Source: the human T2T-CHM13v2.0 reference genome, Homo sapiens
NCBI RefSeq assembly: GCF_009914755.1
Contig: NC_060935.1
Length of the DNA stretch: 64,000 nt
Direction: 5' to 3' (one strand)
Position 1 is the first letter of the stretch. Each line of letters starts with the position of its first letter. The notes below the pieces were generated by a model that was given only the letters and a program-made list of their open reading frames with translations, ran no database searches and was not told the origin of the DNA. Made by a program: the position numbers and the translations under genes. Below, piece by piece: positions 1 to 11,934 of this stretch.

Positions 1-103
1 GGAAGTTAAATAACAAATCCAACACTTCTAGATTCCAGTCCCTGATCATTTCCCCACCCTAAATATAATCTGGGGTGGGGAGAGGGAGAGAGACACTTAA
101 ACC

Positions 104-300
104 AGGGTTACGAGATTTAGCAAATAAAACTACAGGAAGCCCAGTTAAATTTGAATTTCAGTAAAATAACAAATACTTTAAAAATATAAACATGTCCCAT
201 GCAATAGTTGGGACAATGTTTGCAACATATTTATACTAAATAATTATTCTTTATCTGAAATTCAAATTTAACTGGGCATCCTGTATTTCACCTGGCACCT
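104..300. mobile_element. MER53 palindromic hAT-type MITE, copy 1
   Basis: agggtt..gatttagcaaataaaa..cccagttaaatttgaatttcag ... ctgaaattcaaatttaactggg..ctggcacct; long internal inverted repeat typical of MER53. Confidence 0.9.
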
Positions 301-836
301 AGTCCAATCAAATAAGCAATGCCAAATTTCTACCTTCTGAAAAATATTTGAAAGTGTCAAGTTAGAATCTGGCTTAAGTGGAAGGATAGAAAAAAAAAAA
401 AAAAAAGAAAGTAAAGAAAAACCCTGAGTAGACAGGAAGAACTCAGGTGAAAATAATCAATGACTAGAAATGAAGTTAATGAAACCCAAGAAGAATAAGG
501 AAGAAAGAAGAAAAGGAGGAAGGCAGAAAAAAACAGACCCCCTAGAAGGTGATGCTCTCTCCTTCATCTGAATCAGCTTGACAAAATAATGTTCAACCTA
601 CTGTCTTTTTTTGCGTCCCCCATTCGCCACTTGTCCTTCCTGCTCCAGTGTTACTTTCCCTGCTATATACAACTACCTTCCTTCTTCTCTGCTAAAATTG
701 TATTATATTTAAGTTGTAAATTTTAAGTCAAAGCCATACATTTAGATAATTTAAAACTTAAAGAGTACTGAAAAGCTTAAAAAGAAAAGCTCTAGTCCTT
801 TTCCCCACCTCTAGGTTCTTTTGAGGAACCTAAATT

Positions 837-1034
837 AGGGTAGCCAGATTTGGCAAATAAAGATACAAGATGCTCAGTTAAATTTGAATTGCAGGTAAAC
901 AATAAATACCTTTAAATATAAACATGTTCCATGCAATAGTTGGGACAATGTTTACAATGTACTTATACTAAATAATGATTCTTTATCTGAAATTCAAATT
1001 TAAGTAGGTATCCTGCATTTTATCTGTCAAACCT
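837..1034. mobile_element. MER53 MITE, copy 2
   Basis: agggtagccagatttggcaaataaag ... ctgaaattcaaattt..tatctgtcaaacct; closely matches copy 1. Confidence 0.9.
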
Positions 1035-1117
1035 ACCCTAAATCAAATAAGCCATACTAAGATTTCTGTCTTCCAAAAATATTTGAAAAACTACTTTTAA
1101 ACTTCGTATCTATTTCA

Positions 1118-1232
1118 AAGGTGACCAGCAGTTCCCTTTTCCCCAGAACTGAAGTGTTTCCTGAGATGGGGGACTGTTGGTGGTAAAACCAAGACAGTCT
1201 TAAATAAACATGTATTATTCGTTGGTCACCTC
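1118..1232. mobile_element. MER81 (hAT-Blackjack) MITE
   Basis: Terminal inverted repeats ggtgacc ... ggtcacc, ~115 bp, internal gggact..aaaacc..gacagtc. Confidence 0.75.
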
Positions 1233-1794
1233 ATTTCTTATGTTAAAGATATTTCCATCTCACTAAACAATAAACCTTATTTTTGCTTATCAGTTTGAGA
1301 CATTATCGTTAATTTCCTACTTTGAGAAGTGAGTATCTGTTTTGGTTATTTTTAAACGGTTGGTACAAAACCGTTTCCACATAGCACAAGTTCACCAATT
1401 TGGCCTAAAAGCCTTCAGAGAGTAGCTTCAGAGAGAATGTGTTTTCTCTAATCAGAGAAAACAAGAATTATGTTGTGTGAGTGTCAAGTTGCCATTTTAT
1501 TGTCCCACTGAAATGCTTTCCCCCACCTAGGAATCCTTTTAAATTTTCTTAACTTTAATTGCCTTTTTCCCCCCACAAAGAAGTCAATTTAAATTAAACA
1601 GAATCCATCACTGTGATAATTTTTTAATGAGTAAAGATAATGTACTCTACAGAAATTGAAATAAGGTGTTCCCAGGATCATTTGCGAAGTCTCACAAAGT
1701 CCTCCTAAGAGTCAGCTGAAATTAATGAATCTCAGTCTCAGGACCGTCAATGCCATGTAACTGAGGGCTAGGTTCAATGGAAAAAAACCACACA

Positions 1795-1890
1795 CAATAA
1801 TAATAGTTACACTTTCCAATTTGAGCATTTAGCTCCTTTCGTTCCAAGATCCTGAGGAATTTTATAAACATTAATTAAGCTCACAGGTGT
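1795..1890 (-). mobile_element. Ancient MIR-like (MIR1_Amn-type) SINE 3' fragment
   Basis: aataataatagttacac..tagctcctttc..gatcctgagg..tttataaacattaattaagctcaca resembles the reverse 3' end of amniote MIR. Confidence 0.4.
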
Positions 1891-2741
1891 GATTTATTAG
1901 ATTAACTCACTGATAGACATCAAGGACTTTTTAATAAAGCTGGATTAAAAAGAGGAATAAATTAACATCCCAGGAAGATTTCCATGCTGGGGTGGAGCCC
2001 CCAGTATTGGAGGGAAGGTCAAGAAAAGAGATGTGCTCCTTAGCTCAAATTTCTTGAACTAACTCTGGTCTCAATACATAGTGACGACAGTTTGATGCGT
2101 CCTAATCTCCATTGAAAAATACCCCCTCCACAGCTTATTTGAGCTTCTCCTTATTGTTTCATCCTCATTCTTCCACTGGGTTTCAAAGACAAACAATGGC
2201 TTGTGAAACAGGTGACCTTCAGTTCAACAAGAGAAGTTTCTATGCTTTGTGGAAATCTGAACACATGTTTGGTGATGCTTTTAGGGTAGAAGAGGTAGTC
2301 GTGGTACTGATCCAAAAACTAGGTTTTATTTTATAGGTTACTCAAGCCCTTCTTGGGTGGAGGGTAGGGTAGGGAAAAGATTTTTGGTCCTGTATTGTGG
2401 GCAATATGTTGTCCTGATAGATTCCTTTGTCTTAAGAAGGCAAACGGCTGCAAATTAAAATAAATTCTCAATAATAGTTTTCAATAATAGATTGAGTTTA
2501 CGGAGATACAAAGAGAATTTCCATTATCCACCCTGTGAATTGAAGGGATGGATTAGCAAGGATAATACAAGAACAGTAAACTAAGTGATGTTTTATTGTC
2601 TTGTTTTAGCAAGTCCTGAATCAAGAGGGGATCAAATGTGAGGAGATTGGGGAATTGGAAACCCAACTTCTCATAAGGTATGAGATTCTAAAATAGAGCT
2701 AGAACCCTAGACTTTAATCTTTTTCCTCCAGGATAAGCAAA

Positions 2742-2885
2742 TTCAATCCCCTCACTATACAGATGATACATTTGAGTTCTGGAGAATTAAAGTGACTTGA
2801 ATAATTTAAGAAAGCTAATTAGTGGCAGATCCAGGATGTGAGCCCATGCCTCTCTCCTAATTCCTGTACCTCTGCTATAAAACCA
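2742..2885 (-). mobile_element. MIR SINE
   Basis: tacagatga..ttaaagtgacttg..agctaattagtggcagatccagga (reverse MIR core). Confidence 0.7.
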
Positions 2886-3295
2886 CATGGACATGTTGGC
2901 TCTTTCCTTCTAACATTACATTGGCTGAAAGCATTTTCTGGAGTCAGAAACAAGAAGCAAGTTTGCTTATCTGACAGACATAAAACAAGGGGAACAATTA
3001 GTGTAGCTTTCTTGGGAAGGTGACAGTGATTTTAAAAAACAGCCTATTAAATATGCAAAGCAATGGAGGAAGGCAGCCAAATGTCATAGGTAATCCAGAA
3101 GGAGAATAATTCACCTTTGGGCAACAGAATTTGCTATTATCTGTAATGTTTAAGCCAATGTTCAACATGAGATATCAATTCCCACATTTTTAGCTATCTA
3201 AGAGGCTTAGATGGCTATATTCTTAGAAAAAAAAAAGGGTAACAGGAATTATAATATTTAAGGAAACACTAGGTTGATCTTGGGAGAAAGATGGA

Positions 3296-3337
3296 AATAG
3301 TAAAGGCTCATGAATAATAATAGTAAAGGCTCATGAA
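3296..3337. repeat. 23-bp-period tandem duplication
   Basis: aatagtaaaggctcatgaa at 3296-3314 and 3319-3337. Confidence 0.9.
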
Positions 3338-3597
3338 CTCTGGATTTGAAGAACCCTAAGCAGAAATTCCATCTACAATCCCCCTAGCAAATAACCATCC
3401 AACTACAGATCAACTCCACAAAAATAGGGAACTTACTAATTTAGGTGGCAGGCCTTTCCTTGTTAGGCAGGTTGTATCATAAGCATGCTCTTCAGTACAC
3501 TGAGCCAATATGCTGCTCCCCTATGATAACTGTCGGTGAATAACTGTTGTTCTATGGTTCAGCCCTACAAATATTTGAGGTCTCTTATTTTCCAGGT

Positions 3598-3996
3598 TGT
3601 ACTGAATTTTCTCTATTGATTCCCCTTCCTGAACACAGTCCATGGTCCATTCTCTGCCTTGTACGCCCTAGTATAGGTTCCAGGAAGCTAAACCTTACAG
3701 AGAGAAACACAGGCTCTCTTGCCACCTGATTCTCATGTGGGTTTGGTCGAGGAAGGACCAAGAGGAACTTGGAAATCAGAAGGAAAAAGAGGTAGGGAAT
3801 TTCCTTCTTGCTCTTTACTGGTGTCTACATTTTTGGTTGTGTTTATGTCCTTTTGTGACTATGGTTCCTGTCCAATAGTCCTTCCTCCATGAATCCCTTA
3901 ACCTTGTCTACACCTTTGTAAGCAGCCACTTCATTAAAGTCCCTTGAACTATCTGAGCTGGATTCCGTTTCCTGCTAAGACTCTTGTTGATATACA
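3598..3996 (+). mobile_element. LTR33-family (ERVL) solo LTR
   Basis: TG...CA termini, cttcattaaa polyA signal, gtttcctgctaagactcttgttgatataca end. Confidence 0.7.
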
Positions 3997-4232
3997 GGTT
4001 AAAGAAGCATTCTCTGTTTCTGGAACTTCTCCTCAATTAACATGTTTTTCGGACATTCTCATTATTTTGGCTGCTTTCATTTGGTCACAGTCTAATTGTT
4101 CAAGTCCTGCCTAAAGAGTTTCATCCATAGTGTGGGCCACAGCATTTCATATTTAATCTATTAGTGCATCACTTTAATCTCCCTTGCCAATGATGTCCTT
4201 TCTCTATTAATTCATGTTGTATCTTTCTTTTC

Positions 4233-4257
4233 TTTTTTTTTTTTTTTTTTTTTTTTG
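4233..4257. repeat. poly-T tract
   Basis: run of ~24 T. Confidence 0.9.
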
Positions 4258-5582
4258 CTATCTTACACGGGTGCCTCACCTGGAGCTTGCATTCAATGCA
4301 ACTCCTAGATCTTTTTTTTTTTTCATGTGATTTTTCTATTAAGCCAGGTCTCTCTCATCTTCCATATTTTGCTCCTTGTCAGGAGACTGAATTATTTAAA
4401 AGGCCTGGCCCTGGTATTAACATGCTGGTCCTGAATGGTGACAGAGCACAGGGACACACTATTTTAAAAACACTGTTAGGAAAGAACATTTTAGTTTCTC
4501 TTGTCCTAGACTCTGTTTGTTCTCAGACACTGTGTCATAAAATTTTCATGGACATTAACTTCCTTTGACTTCCACGGCCTTGTCTCTCCTGGGCCCTGTC
4601 TCTTCTTGATTGTCTTGGGTTTTGTTAACTACTTTTTCTTTTTCTCCTCCTTTAGTTTAAGTATTTCCCAACATTCTCTCTAAGGATTTTGCCACTTCTT
4701 TGCAGAACAAAGAATGCACACCTACCAAAGGGCTACTTTGCACTCAGCACTGAGTAAGTCACTTTCCAATCAATCATCCCAAAAACCATCTGAAATATTT
4801 GTGTTCTTACTTGATCGATGAGGAACTTTACCTTATGCAGTGAAGAATCTAAGAAGAGAGAGGTTCTACCTCAGAGAAGTGAGCCAGACCATGTAGATGG
4901 TGGGCTCTCAGGGCAGGTTGGCCAGGGGATCCGTAATGACCTCTCTGTTTATATCGCTACGCAGTAAAAAGAGATGAATCTAAAGGAAACACGTTGTACG
5001 TGTAGATAGTAGAATGGCTTCCCAAGAGGGACACTAAGTTACCTTTATTGCTATTACTGACCAGCATTGTCATTTTATAAGTAGATTTGTCTGAGCGCCT
5101 TAATGGTAATATAGCTGGGCAAAGGGTTGATTACTTATATTTCATGAGAATAGATGATTAAACATTCTCAACCTAAAGAAATGTTATTATCTTTATTACA
5201 TTAATATTTTGTTAAAGAAAGAGGATTACAGCATTATTTACAGTTACTGATCTGTGGATTAATAGGAAACACTGCTCTTTAAATATAGTAATAACATGTT
5301 AGTTACCAAGAAAACTGAGGCCTGAGAGGTAGAGAAATTCTGATGAACATAAACAAATTGGGTATAAGAATGGAAAGCAAATCATTTTTACGGCAAATGC
5401 ATCTGAGCAAACCTGGAATAATACTATTTTCTAATTGTCAATAACTGTTACCCCTTGATTACAGATGTTTATAATACATAATAGAAATATATACTATATA
5501 TTGCCCATTAAAATTGGCAAGCAAAATAGAAGCTCCAGTATTTCAGAATTTCTTGAAAAGAAAATTGGGGGAAGGGGAGAAT

Positions 5583-5620
5583 ACACACACATACACACAC
5601 ACACACAGACACACTCACAA
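5583..5620. repeat. (CA)n imperfect microsatellite
   Basis: acacacacatacacacacacacacagacacactcaca. Confidence 0.85.
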
Positions 5621-6346
5621 AATAAAACATATTATGCCAAGCCCACACTGTAATTTATCAACTGGGAAGGAAATTGGCATGTCTTTTCCTGCTGATTTAT
5701 TGGTTAATTCCAACAATTCATTGTAGAAAAGGCCACCAATGAATTACAGTGTGGGAAAAAAATTAAGCGGAGCATTTAGAAAGGTGTTTCAGAATACAGC
5801 CTTTAGAAACAACTTACATAGCTATTTTATAGCCAGTCCCAAAGCAATTGGTGCATGTGAAATGCAGTATACAGTTACAGAAAATACACCAGAAAATGCC
5901 GTGCATAATGCTTCCCATATTTAGAAGAATATGCCATGTCACATGAAGATTAGATTTCTCCTTTATCTTTAAGCTAGAATCATGTAACATTAGATCTCTC
6001 TTACTATTTGTTGTAGAAATCATGTTGGAAGGGCAGTAACAAACATGAACTATGTTAGCAAAGTCAGTGATGGACACTGCTTTAGTGATAGAGACATTCG
6101 TCTTTTAGTCCAAAGGGGATAGAAACTTTCATGGGGTGGAACAAAATGCTGAAATTTTGCATTACAAAAATCAGGATACACTACCATCCATCCTGTGTCC
6201 CAGCTCTAACCCCAAGGATCTAAGGCTAATAGAAGAAGGGAATTTCTCCATTAACAATTCCATTTCTAATTTCTCAAACCTGGTTTAATCAGCTGGTTGC
6301 CCCTCTTTGTTTTCAAAAAGGAGTCTCTGAAATGATTAAAGATACG

Positions 6347-6811
6347 TGTGATGGTTAATTTTATGCATCCGCTTGGCTGGGTCTTAGAGCACAGATATTT
6401 GGCCAAACATTATTCTAGATGTTTCTCTGAGGTTTTTCTTTGTTTTTGTTTTTTGGATGAGGTTTATATTTAAGCTGGTAGATTTTGAATGAAGTAGATT
6501 ACCCTTCATAGTATGAATGGACCTCATCCAATCAGTTGAAGGCCTGAATAGAACAAAAGACTGACCTCCCTGAGCAAGAGAGAATTCTGTGGCAGGCTGC
6601 CTTTGGACTTCAACTGCAACATCAGCTCTTCCCTGGGTCTCCCACTTGACAGCCTTCGAACTTGAACTGTAGCATCGGCTCATCCTGGGACTCCAATCTG
6701 CCAGACCACAGCAGATTTTGGACTTGCCAGCCTCTATAATCACATGAGCCAATTCCTTAAAATAAATATCTCTCTCCAGACACACACATTTTATTGGTTC
6801 TGAATAATACA
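6347..6811 (+). mobile_element. MLT2 (MLT2D/B-like, ERVL) solo LTR
   Basis: tgtgatggttaattttatg..cagatatttggccaaacattattct..catccaatcagttgaaggcctgaatagaacaaaa..aataaat..taataca. Confidence 0.9.
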
Positions 6812-6869
6812 CTCTTCATAGTCTTCTTCTTGTTATTATTCTTCAGTGGGAAAGGAGGATAAGAGCAAG

Positions 6870-7085
6870 TATATACTGAGTGCTTACTATGTGCCAAACA
6901 TTATGTTTATTTATTTACTTGTTTATTTTTAGAGACACCATTGGCTCCTCACAATATCTCTATGAAAAATGTATTATCTCTAACATATAGATAAGAAAAA
7001 GGAGACCCAAGGGGATTAAGCTACTTTCCAGTGGCCACATATCTTGTGTGGAGCCTCTGTGGAGATGTCTGACTCCAAAATCTAT
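6870..7085 (-). mobile_element. MIR SINE
   Basis: ctgagtgcttactatgtgcca..cctcacaa..tgtctgactccaaa. Confidence 0.75.
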
Positions 7086-7209
7086 ATATATTACGTTTAT
7101 TTGAGTGAGTACTTTTTCTATTTTTATGCTGTTTTCTCATGTGACATGATAGATACTGCTAGAAGCACATCTATATACTAAAGTGCTCCTTTGTAGAGTG
7201 AAAACCACC

Positions 7210-7435
7210 ATTTTTTTAGACCTACTATGCACTAGGCACTGTGCCACTTTTCCTATATCATCTCTAATCCTCATTTTAACCCTGTCAGCGAGGTAAAAGC
7301 ACTTCTATTTGACACCCAGGGCCACTGAGGCTTAGAGAAATCATATAACAGACCCCAGGTTACACAGCCAAGCTGGGGTTCACCCCTGGGTTTATATGAT
7401 TCCAAAATCCACCCTGTTAACTCCTACACTATGCC
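7210..7435 (-). mobile_element. MIR SINE
   Basis: cctactatgcactaggcactgtgc..actgaggcttagaga..ggttacacagc..gattccaaa. Confidence 0.75.
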
Positions 7436-8179
7436 TCATGCTCATTTCCTAAGGATTCTGCATCAGTGTGTACCCCTAAATCATAACCCTTGGTTTTCAG
7501 ACAAAAGAGCTTCCATGTTGTCGAATTTTTTTCTCACTGGCTCAAGGAAACAGCAGAAGGGTTTCTATCCTGCAGCATGCTATTTTCTGAATGGAAAAGA
7601 AAAAAAAAAACCAGAAATGTTTCCAAAAGAAAGTACAGAATATGTGCTATAAATTCTAACATGGTCTTTCTATTGACAGCAGAGTCTAGGGTTGCCTGAG
7701 CCACAACACTCTACTTTATGTTGCAGCAGCAGAGACTTCACAGCAGGACTCCTTAAGTCTTTCCGGTTTGCTCCTACAAAGTGATCAATAAGCATCCTCT
7801 TTCCCTTTTTTTTGTCCCTTTTGGTTGTGTTTACTTGGTCTAAAAAACAAAGAAGGGGAAATAAGCCCCTTGTTGGGGGGTTTTCCCTTACTTGCCCTGT
7901 TTCCTAATCACACCAGGACGTTATTGTCCAAAGCCACATTCACATTTAGAAATAAAAGAGAAATGGAATAAAACTTCAAGAAAAAGATACGAAAATGATG
8001 CTGCAATAAACGTGAATTCCTGTGGATAGGCAAAATGTGGATACTCCTTCTGGATATTTGTAAATGGACAGAGAAACCTGTCTTGCCTCAGAAACTCAGA
8101 AGCAATGATGTGCTTCTTGATGTATATGCCTCTGTAGACTTCAGGAAGGTGAGCCCATTTTTTACTGAGGGAGAGTGAC

Positions 8180-8720
8180 AGAAATCTATCAACCTGGCTT
8201 ATCATCCCACAATTACAGCAATTTATAGTGTGCTTCTTGCAAGGTCACCTGCATCTGCAACCAAACAAAAGCACTCTCTCTGCCTTTGTTTCAAAGCGAC
8301 CTAATGTGCTCCCTGCAACTTAAGTTATCCAGGATATTTTTCAATTAATTTGCAGTCACTTAGCCTTAGCATCACACAAGCCTGGCATATATCACATTTT
8401 TCATTGGCTGGAAATACCGGAGTGTCTCAACCCCCCTGTTTCAGAAGAACTGCTTTTCCTTTTTCTTTTAAAGTCACTTCATTCAGCTTTTTTTTTTCTC
8501 TTGAGTTAAGGAACTTGTTGTGAGAAAAAAAAATTCTTTGTAATTTCAAGAAGGAGTTTTCCATTCTGATAAGCTGCCTATATTTTTCTATCACCGCCCG
8601 AAATTGTCTGAAGCAATTAAAAGCATGGCTAATTCTTCTGAAAGGAGGTTGAAACCTCTGCATTCCGAAGGAGACTCTTCTGATACAGCATCGGGCACCA
8701 GAGTCTGGGTCTTCAACCCC
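8180..8720. promoter_or_regulatory. Candidate enhancer/promoter in repeat-free DNA
   Basis: CCAAT box (tcattggctg 8401-8410), GC box ccgccc 8594-8599, four GATA sites, caaggtca 8240-8247; motif evidence only. Confidence 0.3.
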
Positions 8721-9259
8721 CAGTGGGAATGTGTGGAGACAAGGACTGAAATTTTTAGGTCAAAAATGCACTCATGGACATTTATTATAAGAGAACGAAC
8801 TAGAATTCTTAGTAGTAGGGCCTTTCCTTCTCCACCCTTGTCTGTCTTCAGTGTTTTGCTTTCCAGAAAATCTTTTTTTATGACAACTGGTTGCAGTGCC
8901 CGCCTGGCCTCCCTGTGCTGCTGGCTCCAGTGGCAGGAGCTTCTGGTCTGTTTTCCAAAGCGCTAAACTCATCTGATCATTTTCCATCTCACAGTGCAGG
9001 TTCTCAGAGACTCACAAATCCATCATCCTGTTGCCCTTCAGATACGAGGAGAAATGTGTCGTTCAAACACCTCCTTGCTGAGAAGCTTTTTCAATCTATT
9101 CGACCCACTGGGGCCACAAGGAAGGTTTTACTTTTTCTCTTTTCCAATCCCCAACCCCACCACTGTCCTGCCCCACTGTTCCCCTGTCCCCCCCACCCAT
9201 TTCAACTTTGACTCGCTTTCTCTGTGATTTTTTTCTGTCATCTTCTCTCAGCGCTTTGT

Positions 9260-9450
9260 GGGGCAGTGTAGCTGTGTGGTTTGGAGGCAGTATGGGCTAT
9301 AATGTCAGACCCATCTGAATGTAAATCCTGGCTTCGTGACTGAACTTCTGCCTTCTCTGTCTCTCCATTTGTAACTGTTCCTCCTTCACAGCAAAGGTGA
9401 ACTCGGATATGGAAAGTGCTTAGTACAAGACATACTCACATATTTTTAAC
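9260..9450 (+). mobile_element. MIR SINE
   Basis: ggcagtgtagctgtgtggtt..gtcagacc..aaatcctggct..aaagtgcttagtaca. Confidence 0.65.
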
Positions 9451-10494
9451 AAACATAAATGGTAGAAATTAATCTTTACTCAGGCACTTTTCCTCTAATC
9501 TCTTTTCTTCCTCTGCTTTTTGTTTTATTTGCGTTTTTGTGAAATCACAGGTTGCATGCCCTGTTATTTAAATTAAAATACTTACCACTAGTGAAATGGA
9601 TGCCAAAAATCTGGGAAACAAAGCACACTGTGCAATGTATGAGTTTTACAGTGGAGAAAACTGACACCCCTGGACATACCCTCAAGATCAGAGCTAGGTT
9701 TCTTTTCCTCTCTCCTGGGTCTTGTCAGATGGAGGCAATAATAGGACAGACTGTTTTGGAGTGTCTAGGATTGGCAGACCAGCTGTTCCTGTGAAATGTA
9801 ATTGGTGCCACAGATCTGGATGAGCAATGAATGAAGTCCAGGGAGTTAAGTAGGCAGGGCTGGGGAAGGTGGGCAGCATCATGAGGTGGGCAGCATCCGG
9901 TTGCTGAAGTAAATCTTCCTTCCCTAAGCCAAGATGAGCAGACATAAGGATGCTGATTCCAGGGAGCAAAATGTTTGCTCTCATCTCTGTTATTTCCTTT
10001 GGGTTATATGCACTCCTAGCTCCATATGTGACCACAGTAGCCAGAAACTTTGCATATTTACAAGCATACACAGGTCTGCAGACAATCTATATTGCTAGTT
10101 AGATCCACCAGAAGCCCCATAGATGACTTCTCAGTGTCTGTGGATACTAGGTTAAGAACTCCATCTAACTCTCAAGTAGTTACTCATTTACTAGTTTTTC
10201 ATAGACAGGTTAAAATATCCCAAAGACTTTCTAATGTCCTTTCCCATTAATTTATACCAATCACATGACCTCTTCTTGACTAATTTCACTTCTCAGAGAC
10301 ATCAAAAAGATAAAAAGTATATTCTGGCTGAAGGAGAAATGTGTTGCCAGACAGTATACCACCATGCCCTATGCCTGTGCATGGCATTTTTCCTTGCTGA
10401 ATTTGGATCAGACTCAGTACCTTTTCCACCAGCTATCCAGGTATTTTTCTACAAATTGATTGGAGTTGTCATGTGACCATGCTCACCTAAATTT

Positions 10495-11307
10495 CATTTA
10501 TTCTACTATTCCCAACTTCCCATGGACCAAACACTAGGCCATATGGCTAGTTCTACCCAATGTATAATGAGTAGAAGTGATGTGTGTCACTTTTGGGCAA
10601 AGGCAATTGAAAGCTGATGTGCTTCCCCCATCTACTCTTTCTTTATTGTGACGATCTTAGAGGTCATGTGTTCCAGGATGCATGACTTAAAATGGAAGAT
10701 GGCTGCTGTTTCTGAACCAAACTTGGTCTCTTTGCCCACGTGCAACAGAAAGTCCAACACCAAAGCACGAAGATTTTGTAGAAAGGCTTGTTGTGGGTTG
10801 ACTGGCAAGGAGACAGGAGACAACACCCAAATCTGTCCTACTGAGCTGGGTGGTGGGGCAGGTTTTGTAGGTAGAGGGTAGTGAGGCATGGTCTGATTGG
10901 ATCCTGCAATGAAGTGATGCTGGGAGGTGTGATCTGACTGGATCTTACCAGAGGGTGATGCCAGGGCTCAATCTGATTGGATCATGGATCACGCCAGCAT
11001 GTGGTGTTCACGTCTTAACTCAATCCCTGTTCCTTGGTCCAAGTACCTAGGTTCCGCCAGTGGCTGTGCACTTCACTCATCTGGGTATGCTCAGGTTACA
11101 TAACTTGCAACGTGGGTTCCATGGCAACTGAAAAACAAGTCACCATTTTATTACACAAAATTGAACCAGATTAGGCTGGTTCTGCAGGTACACTGCCCCA
11201 TGTGTGCAAATATTTTATATGATACACCTCTATTGGGAAGCACCACTGAGCTTTAGGCTTTGTCCATTGGAGCAGAAGAATCAGACCTAATCTGACGAGT
11301 AAAACAC
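10495..11307 (+). mobile_element. MLT1J/I-like MaLR LTR split by LTR37
   Basis: ggccatatggctagttct..gaagtgatgtgtgtcactt before the insert; ccactgag..cctaatctgacgagtaaaaca after it. Confidence 0.7.
10707..11192 (-). mobile_element. LTR37 (ERV1) solo LTR
   Basis: TG...CA termini, 4-bp TSD ctgc (10703-10706 / 11193-11196), repeated ctgattggatc units, end aaccagattaggctggttctgc. Confidence 0.85.
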
Positions 11308-11514
11308 GTAAGATAGACCTTCTTTGCCATTCCTCCTGGTTATTGAAAAGGTAAAGCAGCAAGCTTTAATTAACATGGTCAGCTGTGGGTAAACAGAGTC
11401 AGCTTTCTGGATCCAGAGTGCCAAGGACTCAAGTCTGGAGGCATCCTGTGTCCATCCATACTTGAAGTTCTGACTGCTTCCCTTGATGGATTCCTCTCTT
11501 TAATTTCAATAGGA

Positions 11515-11640
11515 CTAATTTTCACAGATGAAGAAATGAGGCCCTGTGAGCTAAAATGGTTTGCCCAAGTTTATATAGATAGTGGATTAGGGGGTGAGCT
11601 AGAACCAGACTCCTGACTCCTGACCCAGGAATTCTTCCCT
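11515..11640 (-). mobile_element. MIR SINE
   Basis: ttttcacagatgaagaaatgaggc..ttgcccaag..ctagaaccag..tcctgactcc. Confidence 0.75.
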
Positions 11641-11934
11641 CTCCCTGTTGTTCCATTTCCCTGCCTCCTGCCTCCCTCCATATTGATGATGGGGTAGCAA
11701 AGGGGGTTCCAGCCATAGATTTGCTTCCCTTGATAGTATGGAATAACCAGCAGGTAACCACAGTGCACACACTCTAAATTACAAGATCATTAGCCTTAGG
11801 AATTATCTTTAAATCTGCAAATTCTGCCTCCTAAGAAGGCCTCCTTGTTTTTTTTAATCCTACCCTAAACTAGTCATTGAGTTTAGCAAGCAAAGATCCT
11901 CATCGTAGCATCAGACATGACTTTCCCTCCTCCT

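Larger units (their letters stand above)
3340..4375 (-). mobile_element. L3/CR1 LINE relic interrupted by an LTR33-family LTR
   Basis: ctacaatcccc..ccatccaac..gggaacttact..ggcaggcctttcc and actcctagatcttttt..tcatgtga..aagccaggtc resemble reverse CR1 3' region. Confidence 0.55.

Noticed and set aside
72-92. G-rich run as G-quadruplex
   Set aside because: Only three closely spaced G3+ runs.
6596-6698. ~50-bp internal direct repeat in MLT2
   Set aside because: As I recall this doubled unit is part of the MLT2 consensus, so it is not a local novelty.
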